Counted from the first letter of the stretch, positions 17,690 to 24,443 are shown. The stretch is 32,000 nt of DNA from Candidatus Iainarchaeum sp. (GCA_016205145.1 JACQJH010000001.1:480001-512000), one strand, 5' to 3'. A program made the numbers and translations. Notes: generated from the letters alone by a model not told the origin.

Positions 17690-17766
17690 TTGCACCAGTT
17701 TTGCAGTTTTTTTCCCATTTATTTTTTGAAGCCGCCAAGTCACGCCGGCCCAAAAAGCCAGTTCTA

Positions 17767-17790
17767 TTGTGGAACATTGTTGTGGAACAT
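17767..17790 (+). promoter_or_regulatory. tandem direct repeat TTGTGGAACAT x2 (candidate operator) in a divergent promoter
   Basis: Exact 11-nt copies at 17767-17777 and 17780-17790, between the FTR1 start (17689) and the regulator TATA box. Confidence 0.5.
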
Positions 17791-17827
17791 ATTTTAAACC
17801 TTTCCCGTTCCTTCCGCCGGCGCAAGC

Positions 17828-17836
17828 CTTTAAATT
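17828..17836 (+). promoter_or_regulatory. putative TATA box for the wHTH-PAS regulator (leaderless)
   Basis: CTTTAAATT centred about 27 nt upstream of ATG 17859. Confidence 0.5.
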
Positions 17837-17858
17837 CCTGAGCCGCCTATTCTTTTGC

Positions 17859-18443
17859 ATGGTTTCCGAAGCGGAAATAATCAGGGCGCTCGATTCATCC
17901 GGACGCGGCCAGTCGATTTCCGAGCTTTCCGGCAGGCTCAAGGCCGACAGGCGCACTACCGCCAAACTGCTTGAAGTGCTCAAGGCGAAAGGCATTGTAG
18001 AGTTCGAGCGCGTGGGCATGGTCAAATTGTGGTCGGTTTCCAAGTCGCCGATAATTTCACTGCTTTTGAAGGACGACGAGCAGAGCGTCGTGCTGAAAAA
18101 CATCCTCAACTCGCTTGACGAGGGAATAAGCATTCTCGACAAGGACCTGAAAATCATCTGGGTAAACGACACCGTAAAAAAAATGGCGAAGCGCCTGACG
18201 CACCTGCAGGGCAGGCGCTGCTATGAAACCTACCTGAACCGCAAGGACATCTGTGCAAAGTGTCCTGCAATGAAAACCTTCAGCTCCGACAAAATGCAGA
18301 AATCCGTAGAGCGCGGAAAGGACAAGAACAACAACTCCTACCACTACCAGTTCATCACCGCGCCGATCAGGGGCAGGGACGGAAAGGCAATCGCGATAAT
18401 CGAAACGATCCGGGATTTGTCCGACTTGACAGGCAAAGCCTGA
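17859..18443 (+). CDS. winged-helix + PAS-domain transcriptional regulator with Cys motif
   Basis: N-terminal wHTH-like SISELSGRLKADRRTTAKLLEVLKAKGIVEFERVG. PAS-like LDEGISILDKDLKIIWVND...RDGKAIAIIETIRDLS containing CYETYLNRKDICAKCP. Confidence 0.7.
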   Translation: MVSEAEIIRALDSSGRGQSISELSGRLKADRRTTAKLLEVLKAKGIVEFERVGMVKLWSVSKSPIISLLLKDDEQSVVLKNILNSLDEGISILDKDLKIIWVNDTVKKMAKRLTHLQGRRCYETYLNRKDICAKCPAMKTFSSDKMQKSVERGKDKNNNSYHYQFITAPIRGRDGKAIAIIETIRDLSDLTGKA

Positions 18444-18444
18444 A

Positions 18445-18452
18445 TTTTTTTT
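18445..18452 (+). terminator. oligo-T terminator
   Basis: T8 run immediately after the stop of the 17859..18443 gene. Confidence 0.5.
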
Positions 18453-18539
18453 GATTGCCTGCGCAATTCAAATCACCGGCAACCCGCCTGTGTTCGCTTA
18501 AAAAACCCTGGGCAGTTCAATTTTTCCAAGCTGATTCAA

Positions 18540-19835
18540 ATGGCCGAACCTGTCGATATGAACCATGCGTTTTCAAAGGCGCTTGAACTGATGGAAGGGA
18601 CGCGCAAAAACGTTTTCATTACGGGAAGGGCGGGCACGGGCAAATCGACCCTGCTGGGCCATTTCAAAAGCGTTTCAAAAAAACGGCTTGCTGTAATCGC
18701 CCCGACCGGTGTTGCGGCTGTCAACGTCGGCGGCCAGACAATCCACTCGTTTTTCGGCTTCAAGCCGAACATCACGGTCGGCAAGGTGAAGGTTTCAAAA
18801 AAGCGCAGGATATTCGAGGCCCTAGACGCAATCATCATCGACGAAATTTCGATGGTGCGTGCCGACATCCTGGACTGCATCGACCGTTTCCTGAGAGTCA
18901 ACCGCGGCAATCTTGGCGAGCCGTTCGGCGGCGTGCAGATGATTTTGTTCGGCGACCTCTATCAGCTTCCGCCGATTGTGTCTGGTGCTGAGCGCGCGCA
19001 CTTTTCGACTTTTTACCGAAGCCCATACTTTTTCGACTCGGATGCCTTTGAAGGCCTCGGGCTTGAAATAATCGAGCTTGACGAGGTTTACAGGCAGAAG
19101 GACAGGGAATTCGTAAGCTTGCTTGACGGGGTAAGGCATAACAGGATTTCCGACGAGCACCTGAAGCGCCTGAATGCACGGGTCATGCCGTCCTTTGAGC
19201 CGAAAGAAAACGAATTTTACGTGCGCCTGTGCACGCTGAACAGCATGGCGGATGAAATCAACGCGGCGGAACTCGAAAAAATCAAAGCCTATGAATACCG
19301 CTTCCGCGCGGCATCGGAAGGCGATTTCGGAAACGAGTACATGCCATGCGAACAGGAACTCAAACTCAAACTGGGCGCGCAGGTGATGTTTTTGAACAAC
19401 GATTCGGAAAAGCGCTGGGTGAACGGCTCGATGGGAAAAGTCATAGGCTTCCGCAGGGAAAATGAAAACTATGCAATCCAGGTCGAACTGCCCACAAAGG
19501 AAAAGGTTGCCGTAAACCCGCACACCTGGGAACTGTTCAGGCCGAAACTCGACCCGCTCCGGAACGCGCTCGCATATGAAACGATCGGCTCTTTCACGCA
19601 GTATCCTTTGCGCCTGGCCTGGGCCATCACAATCCACAAAAGCCAGGGAAAAACGTTCGAAAAGGCGATAATCGATTTCGGCCATGGAACATTTGCGCCG
19701 GGACAGGCTTACGTCGCCTTGAGCCGGTGCACGACGCTTGAAGGCATGGTCCTCAAAAGGCCGCTTGAAAAAAGGCACGTGATGGTCGACAAAAAAATCG
19801 CGGACTTCATGGAAAAAGCGAAAAAGCCGGGATGA
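18540..19835 (+). CDS. PIF1/RecD-like SF1B DNA helicase
   Basis: Walker A GRAGTGKST, IIDEISMV, GDLYQLPPI, TIHKSQGKTF and YVALSRCT. Confidence 0.85.
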   Translation: MAEPVDMNHAFSKALELMEGTRKNVFITGRAGTGKSTLLGHFKSVSKKRLAVIAPTGVAAVNVGGQTIHSFFGFKPNITVGKVKVSKKRRIFEALDAIIIDEISMVRADILDCIDRFLRVNRGNLGEPFGGVQMILFGDLYQLPPIVSGAERAHFSTFYRSPYFFDSDAFEGLGLEIIELDEVYRQKDREFVSLLDGVRHNRISDEHLKRLNARVMPSFEPKENEFYVRLCTLNSMADEINAAELEKIKAYEYRFRAASEGDFGNEYMPCEQELKLKLGAQVMFLNNDSEKRWVNGSMGKVIGFRRENENYAIQVELPTKEKVAVNPHTWELFRPKLDPLRNALAYETIGSFTQYPLRLAWAITIHKSQGKTFEKAIIDFGHGTFAPGQAYVALSRCTTLEGMVLKRPLEKRHVMVDKKIADFMEKAKKPG

Positions 19836-19939
19836 TGGCTAGAACCTAGGGCGCCCAAAGAAATGACTGGTCAAGTGGATAATTGTATGGGTAGATAATT
19901 AATAACATTCATTCAATAAATTAAATTATTTTTTGAAGT

Positions 19940-20650
19940 TTGCGTGTCTGGGTGATTAATATAGGAAACCCAATAAATTTTGTCAAAACAAGTTTTAACA
20001 AAATAATAATCAGCACAAAAATTCAAAAAATCAATTATGTGCAACGAATTCTCCTGCTCGTAGTGTCTTGGACGCTTATTGGCTCGATTATAGGAATAAA
20101 TCTAGTAAAATTTAATCTCATTGAAGTTTCAAATTCGTCAATTATTGGTTTGTGTATTTTTAATTGTAATAATATTCAAAATGTCCAAGACAACAAAATA
20201 ACCGAAGAACAAAGGCAAATTGAATATAATAAACATCTGAGGCTTGTGGATTCAACTATTGCAGAGCTAAAAAACAATAGGGGTATTGCTAATCAGTATT
20301 TTGATGATAACAAATCGTATCTAGTTTATCACTACCTATTTTCAAAACGATTTAAAACGACCCAGCTTGAAACGCTAATAAACTCTTCAGATTTTAGAAA
20401 CAATAGCATTATGGGACTTCTAGGTATAGTTGAAACAAACACCAAAAGTGCAAATAAATATCTTGACAATTTAGAACAAATGTTAAAACAAATTGAAACT
20501 GAAGGGCAGTATGATCAATATGGTAAATATGAAGAAACATTTCAAAATATTTTTGAAAAAATTATTAAACCGCTGAACCAAGCGCAAGAAACATTAATTC
20601 AGTTATTAACAAAATACAAGGTTTCTGTGGGCATTAATTCTTTTCCGTGA
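19940..20650 (+). CDS. hypothetical membrane-anchored coiled-coil protein in an AT-rich islet (start uncertain; GTG 20039 plausible)
   Basis: The only long ORF in a strongly AT-rich ~0.8 kb block. Contains the TM-like LLLVVSWTLIGSIIGINLV followed by N/K/Q/E-rich helical sequence. No family recognised. Confidence 0.5.
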   Translation: MRVWVINIGNPINFVKTSFNKIIISTKIQKINYVQRILLLVVSWTLIGSIIGINLVKFNLIEVSNSSIIGLCIFNCNNIQNVQDNKITEEQRQIEYNKHLRLVDSTIAELKNNRGIANQYFDDNKSYLVYHYLFSKRFKTTQLETLINSSDFRNNSIMGLLGIVETNTKSANKYLDNLEQMLKQIETEGQYDQYGKYEETFQNIFEKIIKPLNQAQETLIQLLTKYKVSVGINSFP

Positions 20651-20698
20651 GCAAATAAAATTTTGTGTGGCGGTTATTGAATCTTGGTCCTTTTGTTA

Positions 20699-22531
20699 TT
20701 ATTCCCACTCGATCGTCGCGGGCGGCTTGTGCGTTATGTCGACGTACACTCCGCTGATCTTTGTCTTCGGCACTTTTTCCAAAAGCTTTTTCACGAACTT
20801 TTCGGGCAGGGGGAAAAATTTTGCGGTCATTGCCTCGCGGCTCTGCACCGGCCTCAAGACAATCGATTCGCGGCGCCTGCAGTCCGTTCCAACTGGAATC
20901 AAAACTGTCGGGAACTGCCATATTTCATTCATCAGGCCCTGCTTTTCGACCAGCTTCATCACAATCTCATCCATTTCCTGCAGCAATTCAATCCTTTTAG
21001 CGTTCAAATCCTTTGCGAACAGGTTGATGCTTTCCGCCTTTTCCCGGTTAACGCAATAGACAACCCTGTTGACTTCCGGCACTTCGTTTGTGATGCGCGT
21101 TGAAACGAATTCAAGGGCCTTCCAGCCGCTTTTGCCGAACAATGCCATGACATGCTTGTACGAGCGCGAATCGCCCTGGACGCCGACGCTTTTCAATGGC
21201 AAAACCTTTGGCCGCAAACCGGATTCGGCGCAGATTCCGGAAGCCTTTTTTTCGATTGCGGCAATCTCCTTTGCGCTGGAATCACTTTTGCCATTTGAGC
21301 ACAATGCCCTGATTGCAAGTCCCGGCCCGGGAAACGGGTGCCTCAAAACCATTTCATTGGGCAAACCGATGCTTTCGCCCAGCGCCCTGACTTCATCCTT
21401 GTACAACTGCTTCAACGGCTCTATGACAATGCCTTTCGCAATCATTTCCTCTATGACCGGAACGCGGTTGTGGTGCGTCTTGATTTTAGAGGCAAACTTT
21501 GTTCCGGCAGTCTCAATCGTGTCAGGATAAATAGTTCCCTGGCACAAAACCCACTGCTCATGGTTCAATCCGAGCTTTTCAATTTCCGCCTGCATTATTT
21601 CAACAAACAGGTTGCCTATGATTTTTCGCTTTTCCTCCGGGTCGAAAACGCCCTTAAGCGCCGCGAAAAACCTTTTCGACGCGTCAACGGTTGTAACATC
21701 GCACAATCCGAGCTTTTTGAACGCCTTTTTCACGCTTTTCGATTCATTCCTGCGCATGAAGCCCGTGTCAACGTGCAAGGCAAAAACCCTGTCACGCGGC
21801 AGGGCCTTACTCACCAAAGCCAATGCAACAGTGCTGTCGACTCCGCCGGAAACAAGGCTGAAAACCTTCCTGTCGCCGACAGCCCTGACAATCTCGATTA
21901 TCTCCCTTGAAAGATAATTTTCCATTGTCCAGTTTGCATCGCAGCCGCACACGTCAAAAACAAAATTCTTGAGAATCTGCATGCCGTTCTCAGTATGCGT
22001 GACTTCAGGATGAAACTGCAAACCGAAAAATTTCCTGCCTGCATCAGCAACCGCCGCGGCTTCACAGTCGTCGGTGCTGCCAATCACTTCAAACCCTTCC
22101 GGCAGTTTCTCGACAGTGTCGCCGTGCGACATCCACACCTTTTCATTGCCCTGCAACAAGTGGAACAGCCCTTCGGATTTTTTGACGTGCAGGAAAGCCG
22201 AGCCGTACTCCTTTGTCTTTCCGGCAGAAACCGTTCCGCCAAGCGCCTGTGCCATTAATTGGTGGCCATAACAAATGCCCAGCACCGGCTTGCCCAGTCC
22301 GAGAATCTTCCTGTTGAACGGCGGAGCATTCCTGTCGTAAACCGAGTTCGGCCCGCCGGACAAAATTATCCCGCAGCAGTTTTCAAGCTCTTTTTCGGAA
22401 ACAGTCGGCTCCTTTATCTCCGAAAAAACGTTCATTTCGCGGACGCGCCTTGCAATCAGATGCGCGTACTGCGCGCCGAAGTCGATTACAACTATGCCCT
22501 TCTGTTCCTGCATAAACTCAGATAACATCAA
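20699..22531 (-). CDS. guaA: GMP synthase (glutamine-hydrolysing), fused long form
   Basis: GATase motifs GICYGHQL and QFHPE. ATP-PPase P-loop SGGVDS. C-terminal KPPATIEWE. An extra segment lies between GVQGDSRSY...NRVVY and the terminal dimerisation motif. The likely true start is M7 (22513), given GTTTAAAGG at 22541-22549 on the minus strand. Confidence 0.9.
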   Translation of the reverse strand: MMLSEFMQEQKGIVVIDFGAQYAHLIARRVREMNVFSEIKEPTVSEKELENCCGIILSGGPNSVYDRNAPPFNRKILGLGKPVLGICYGHQLMAQALGGTVSAGKTKEYGSAFLHVKKSEGLFHLLQGNEKVWMSHGDTVEKLPEGFEVIGSTDDCEAAAVADAGRKFFGLQFHPEVTHTENGMQILKNFVFDVCGCDANWTMENYLSREIIEIVRAVGDRKVFSLVSGGVDSTVALALVSKALPRDRVFALHVDTGFMRRNESKSVKKAFKKLGLCDVTTVDASKRFFAALKGVFDPEEKRKIIGNLFVEIMQAEIEKLGLNHEQWVLCQGTIYPDTIETAGTKFASKIKTHHNRVPVIEEMIAKGIVIEPLKQLYKDEVRALGESIGLPNEMVLRHPFPGPGLAIRALCSNGKSDSSAKEIAAIEKKASGICAESGLRPKVLPLKSVGVQGDSRSYKHVMALFGKSGWKALEFVSTRITNEVPEVNRVVYCVNREKAESINLFAKDLNAKRIELLQEMDEIVMKLVEKQGLMNEIWQFPTVLIPVGTDCRRRESIVLRPVQSREAMTAKFFPLPEKFVKKLLEKVPKTKISGVYVDITHKPPATIEWE

Positions 22532-22638
22532 AAACCTTTAAACACGAACACAACACCAAAAACCGCACGAACGCCTTGAATGCAAAAGAGAAAAAGAGTG
22601 TTTCCCGAAACCGCGGAAATTATGTCCAATCCCAAAAC

Positions 22639-22650
22639 ATATTTAAAAAG
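22639..22650 (+). promoter_or_regulatory. putative TATA box (ATATTTAAAAAG) upstream of the structured non-coding block
   Basis: A/T-rich box about 25 nt upstream of a G-rich start near 22672-22679. It is near-palindromic, so the strand is ambiguous. Confidence 0.35.
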
Positions 22651-22674
22651 TTGCAGGCAAAAACCTTGAAAGTG

Positions 22675-22950
22675 TTGGGAGTTGAAGGGGCGAGTCATAC
22701 CGCTTGCGGTTCCCTGGCTTGCCCTCTCATTTTTATCCTGAGCCGCTTTCGTCCGGCTCGCCGTCTCGTCCGGCGGGTACGTTTTGTGGTGTTCGCGCCG
22801 TTGCGGAACACCACGCATGCTTTGCGGGGTTTGCAAGGGGTGCAACCCCTGCGTTTTATCCGGCTGGTTCGAAACCAAGGCGGCCTGCTGTTGCAAGCCG
22901 CCGAGTGAGTCAGTACTCCTGACCCTCCCCCGAAATTCCTGATTTTTTCC
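22675..22950 (+). ncRNA. candidate structured ncRNA / decayed tRNA-flank block (unclassified)
   Basis: GC-rich and dense in hairpins: ACCG-CTTG-CGGT at 22699, GAGCCG-CTTTCGTC-CGGCTC at 22740, GTGGTGTTC/GAACACCAC, and one more hairpin near 22835-22850. Possible closing stem 22687-22697 with 22920-22930 (9 of 11 bp). Orphan trailer-module copy at 22870-22910. T6 at 22943-22948. No convincing ORF. Confidence 0.35.
22870..22910 (+). repeat. orphan trailer-module copy (D), not attached to a tRNA
   Basis: CGAAACCAAGGCG, then the 10-bp hairpin GGCGGCCTGC/GCAAGCCGCC (one mismatch), then GAGTGAGT. Confidence 0.5.
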
Positions 22951-23031
22951 CACAAAAACCATTAAAAAACTCCCTGACCAAGAATAGTTCAAGGCACCGG
23001 AATCAAAGTGCCAAAAAGCCACCATCAAATT

Positions 23032-23235
23032 GCGGGGGTGGCGGAGCGGTCTAACGCGCCAGCCTTGAGAAACCTTTTTCTTTCTTGAGAAGAAAGAAAA
23101 AGCTTCAATGCAAAATCAAAGATTTTGCATGCATCAAAAATTTGATTTTTGATGTACCAAAAAGAAAGAACCGTTCTTTGTTTCAGGCAAGCTGGTATCC
23201 GAAAGGATGCGCGAGTTCGAATCTCGTCCCCCGCG
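23032..23235 (+). tRNA. tRNA-Ser(UGA) with a ~120-nt intron
   Basis: Class II tRNA. Acceptor GCGGGGG/CCCCCGC, 3-bp D stem, anticodon stem CCAGC (23059-23063) / GCTGG (23191-23195), loop CTTGAG^A, variable arm TATCCGAAAGGATGC, T arm GCGAG-TTCGAAT-CTCGT, discriminator G. Mature length 84 nt. Confidence 0.85.
23070..23189 (+). other. tRNA intron (canonical 37/38 position assumed; boundaries +/-1-2 nt)
   Basis: Central helix is CTTG (32-35) with CAGG (23184-23187). The 3' bulge is CA^A. The 5' bulge can be drawn as only 2 nt (relaxed BHB). Interior has four hairpins, including a perfect 13-bp one at 23074-23102. Confidence 0.7.
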
Positions 23236-23300
23236 AGCACGCAGTTTCGGCTGCGTGGAGCGAAACTAAGGCGGTTCACACTGTGAACCGCCGAGTAAGC
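23236..23300 (+). repeat. structured tRNA 3' trailer module, copy B
   Basis: Hairpin CACGCAG-TTTCGG-CTGCGTG (23238-23257), linker GAGCGAAACTAAGGCG, 10-bp hairpin GGCGGTTCAC/GTGAACCGCC, tail GAGTAAGC. Confidence 0.65.
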
Positions 23301-23387
23301 AAAAAAATCACATCGCGTTTTTCGCCTTGCAAAACCGGTTTCGTTTTTAAACATTTTCCACCCAATCTTGGACAAGGTGAGTTGTGG

Positions 23388-23942
23388 ATGAAAAGGCTTG
23401 CAATCGCTTTAATCGCAATCTTATTGCTTTTCGGCTGCACCGTGCCGAAAAAGCCGTCAGGCAATGACAATAATGCGGCTGTAAATCCCCCAGTTGGAGT
23501 TGATTTGATGAAAAACGTTGTGGAAAAAGGCGACACTGTCAAAGCCGACTACATTGGCACGTTTGTCGACGGCAACAAGTTTGATTCTTCGATTGACCGG
23601 AAAGAGCCGCTGGAATTCGTGGCCGGCGCCGGACAGATGATAAAAGGCTTTGACGCCGCAGTCATTGGCATGAAATTGAACGATGAGAAGAACATAACTC
23701 TCCAGCCCAAGGACGCGTACGGCGAAAAGGACCAAAGCCTGGTCAAGCAGGTTCCGAAATCCAATCTTACCGACCAGAACATTTCACCCGAAGTCGGCAT
23801 GACCTTGTTCGCGAACGGCCAGCAGATTGAAGTCACGGCAGTCGACGAGAACACAGTCACTTTGGACTTCAACAGCAGGATGGCGGGCAAAACCCTGAAC
23901 TTCTGGCTCAAAGTGGTCGGAATAACCAAAAAGCGGGCTTAA
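23388..23942 (+). CDS. secreted/lipoprotein FKBP-type peptidyl-prolyl isomerase (SlyD-like with IF insert)
   Basis: Signal with lipobox-like LLFGC. Motifs DTVKADYIGTFVDGNKFDSS and EFVAGAGQMIKGFD. AAGGTGAG lies upstream of ATG 23388. The ORF-track extension to 23085 runs through the tRNA intron and trailer. Confidence 0.85.
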   Translation: MKRLAIALIAILLLFGCTVPKKPSGNDNNAAVNPPVGVDLMKNVVEKGDTVKADYIGTFVDGNKFDSSIDRKEPLEFVAGAGQMIKGFDAAVIGMKLNDEKNITLQPKDAYGEKDQSLVKQVPKSNLTDQNISPEVGMTLFANGQQIEVTAVDENTVTLDFNSRMAGKTLNFWLKVVGITKKRA

Positions 23943-23958
23943 ACCAAGCCTGCCCCTC

Positions 23959-23965
23959 TTTTTTT
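23959..23965 (+). terminator. oligo-T terminator after the FKBP gene
   Basis: T7 run 17 nt after the stop codon. Confidence 0.5.
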
Positions 23966-23969
23966 ATTC

Positions 23970-23978
23970 TTTATTTAA
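23970..23978 (+). promoter_or_regulatory. putative TATA box for the tRNA-Ser(GGA) unit
   Basis: TTTATTTAA about 165 nt upstream of the tRNA, implying a transcribed leader of roughly 135 nt. Confidence 0.4.
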
Positions 23979-24015
23979 CAGCTTTTGGTATGTTAGGATA
24001 AGCCGCCGGGCGGCA

Positions 24016-24140
24016 GAGGCATTGAGCTTTTGCGAAATGCCTCAACATCGCACGTTGGCGACGAAAACGCGCTGAAAGCGCGTAGGGCTATGCGAGTGAA
24101 ACGAGCATAGTGCGTCGCACCAGACGGGCGATGACGTCTT
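24016..24140 (+). repeat. structured tRNA 5' leader module, copy C (expanded)
   Basis: L1 stem is GAGGCATT (24016-24023) / AATGCCTC (24036-24043), followed by CAACATCGCAC. Two extra hairpins follow: ACGCGC-TGAAA-GCGCGT and CTATGC-GAGTGAAACGA-GCATAG. Then GTCGCACC and L2, AGACG (24122-24126) / CGTCT (24135-24139), with loop GGCGATGA. Confidence 0.6.
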
Positions 24141-24324
24141 GCGGGGGTGGCGGAGTGGTCTAACGCGCCAGCCTGGAACTGCCCTTTCTTTTCTTTGAAA
24201 AAGAAAAGAAAGTGCAAGGTGCCCAAAGAAAAGAAAACGGGCCATTGCCCGGAAAAGGCGCTTTGCAAGGCACCAACAAGCTGGTTTCCGCAAGGAAGCG
24301 CGAGTTCGAATCTCGTCCCCCGCG
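24141..24324 (+). tRNA. tRNA-Ser(GGA) with a 100-nt intron
   Basis: Exons are nearly identical to tRNA-Ser(UGA). Anticodon stem CCAGC (24168-24172) / GCTGG (24280-24284), loop CTGGAA^A, variable arm TTTCCGCAAGGAAGC, discriminator G. Mature length 84 nt. Confidence 0.88.
24179..24278 (+). other. tRNA intron at the canonical 37/38 position with a good hBHBh' motif
   Basis: The 5' bulge is AA^C. Helix h' is TGCC (24180-24183) with GGCA (24269-24272). The central helix is CTGG with CCAA (3 of 4 bp). The 3' bulge is CA^A. A perfect 13-bp hairpin lies at 24184-24212. Confidence 0.8.
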
Positions 24325-24388
24325 TGCCGCTTTCGGGCGGCAGTGCCGAAACCAAGGCGTATTGCTAATCGCAATACGCCGAGTAGGC
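24325..24388 (+). repeat. structured tRNA 3' trailer module, copy C
   Basis: Hairpin TGCCGC-TTTCGG-GCGGCA (24325-24342), linker GTGCCGAAACCAAGGCG, 10-bp hairpin GGCGTATTGC/GCAATACGCC, tail GAGTAGGC. Confidence 0.65.
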
Positions 24389-24443
24389 TCAATCAGGCAA
24401 AAAGGCTATTAAGCTTTAGCAGAAAGAATTAATCTTACTCAAA

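Noticed and set aside
17690-18172. N-terminal 161-aa extension of the 16814..18172 minus-strand ORF
   Set aside because: It crosses the divergent promoter and lies antisense to the wHTH-PAS gene. The FTR1 homology and first TM helix begin at MALAEF (17689).
22675-22950. Identification of the block as SRP (7S) RNA or RNase P RNA, prompted by the known 7S RNA - tRNA-Ser linkage in some archaea
   Set aside because: I could not find the helix-8 GGAA/AGCA motif set or the RNase P CR-I/CR-V cores (GAGGAAAGUCC, ACAGAA...) on either strand. The block is left unclassified pending a covariance-model scan.
22528-23028. ORFs 22528..23028 (-), 22576..22908 (+), 22695..22955 (-) and 22704..22922 (+)
   Set aside because: These are mutually overlapping ORFs in a GC-rich hairpin-dense block. 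The translations are R/P/G/Q-rich and unprotein-like, so the block is interpreted as non-coding RNA or repeat sequence.
23025-23387. ORF 23025..23375 (-) and the 5' extension of the FKBP ORF from 23085
   Set aside because: They read through tRNA-Ser(UGA), its intron and its trailer. The FKBP signal peptide and SD-like AAGGTGAG define the start at 23388.
23993-24412. ORFs 23993..24355 (-), 24042..24392 (-), 24147..24368 (+) and 24212..24412 (+)
   Set aside because: All overlap the tRNA-Ser(GGA) leader, exons, intron or trailer.
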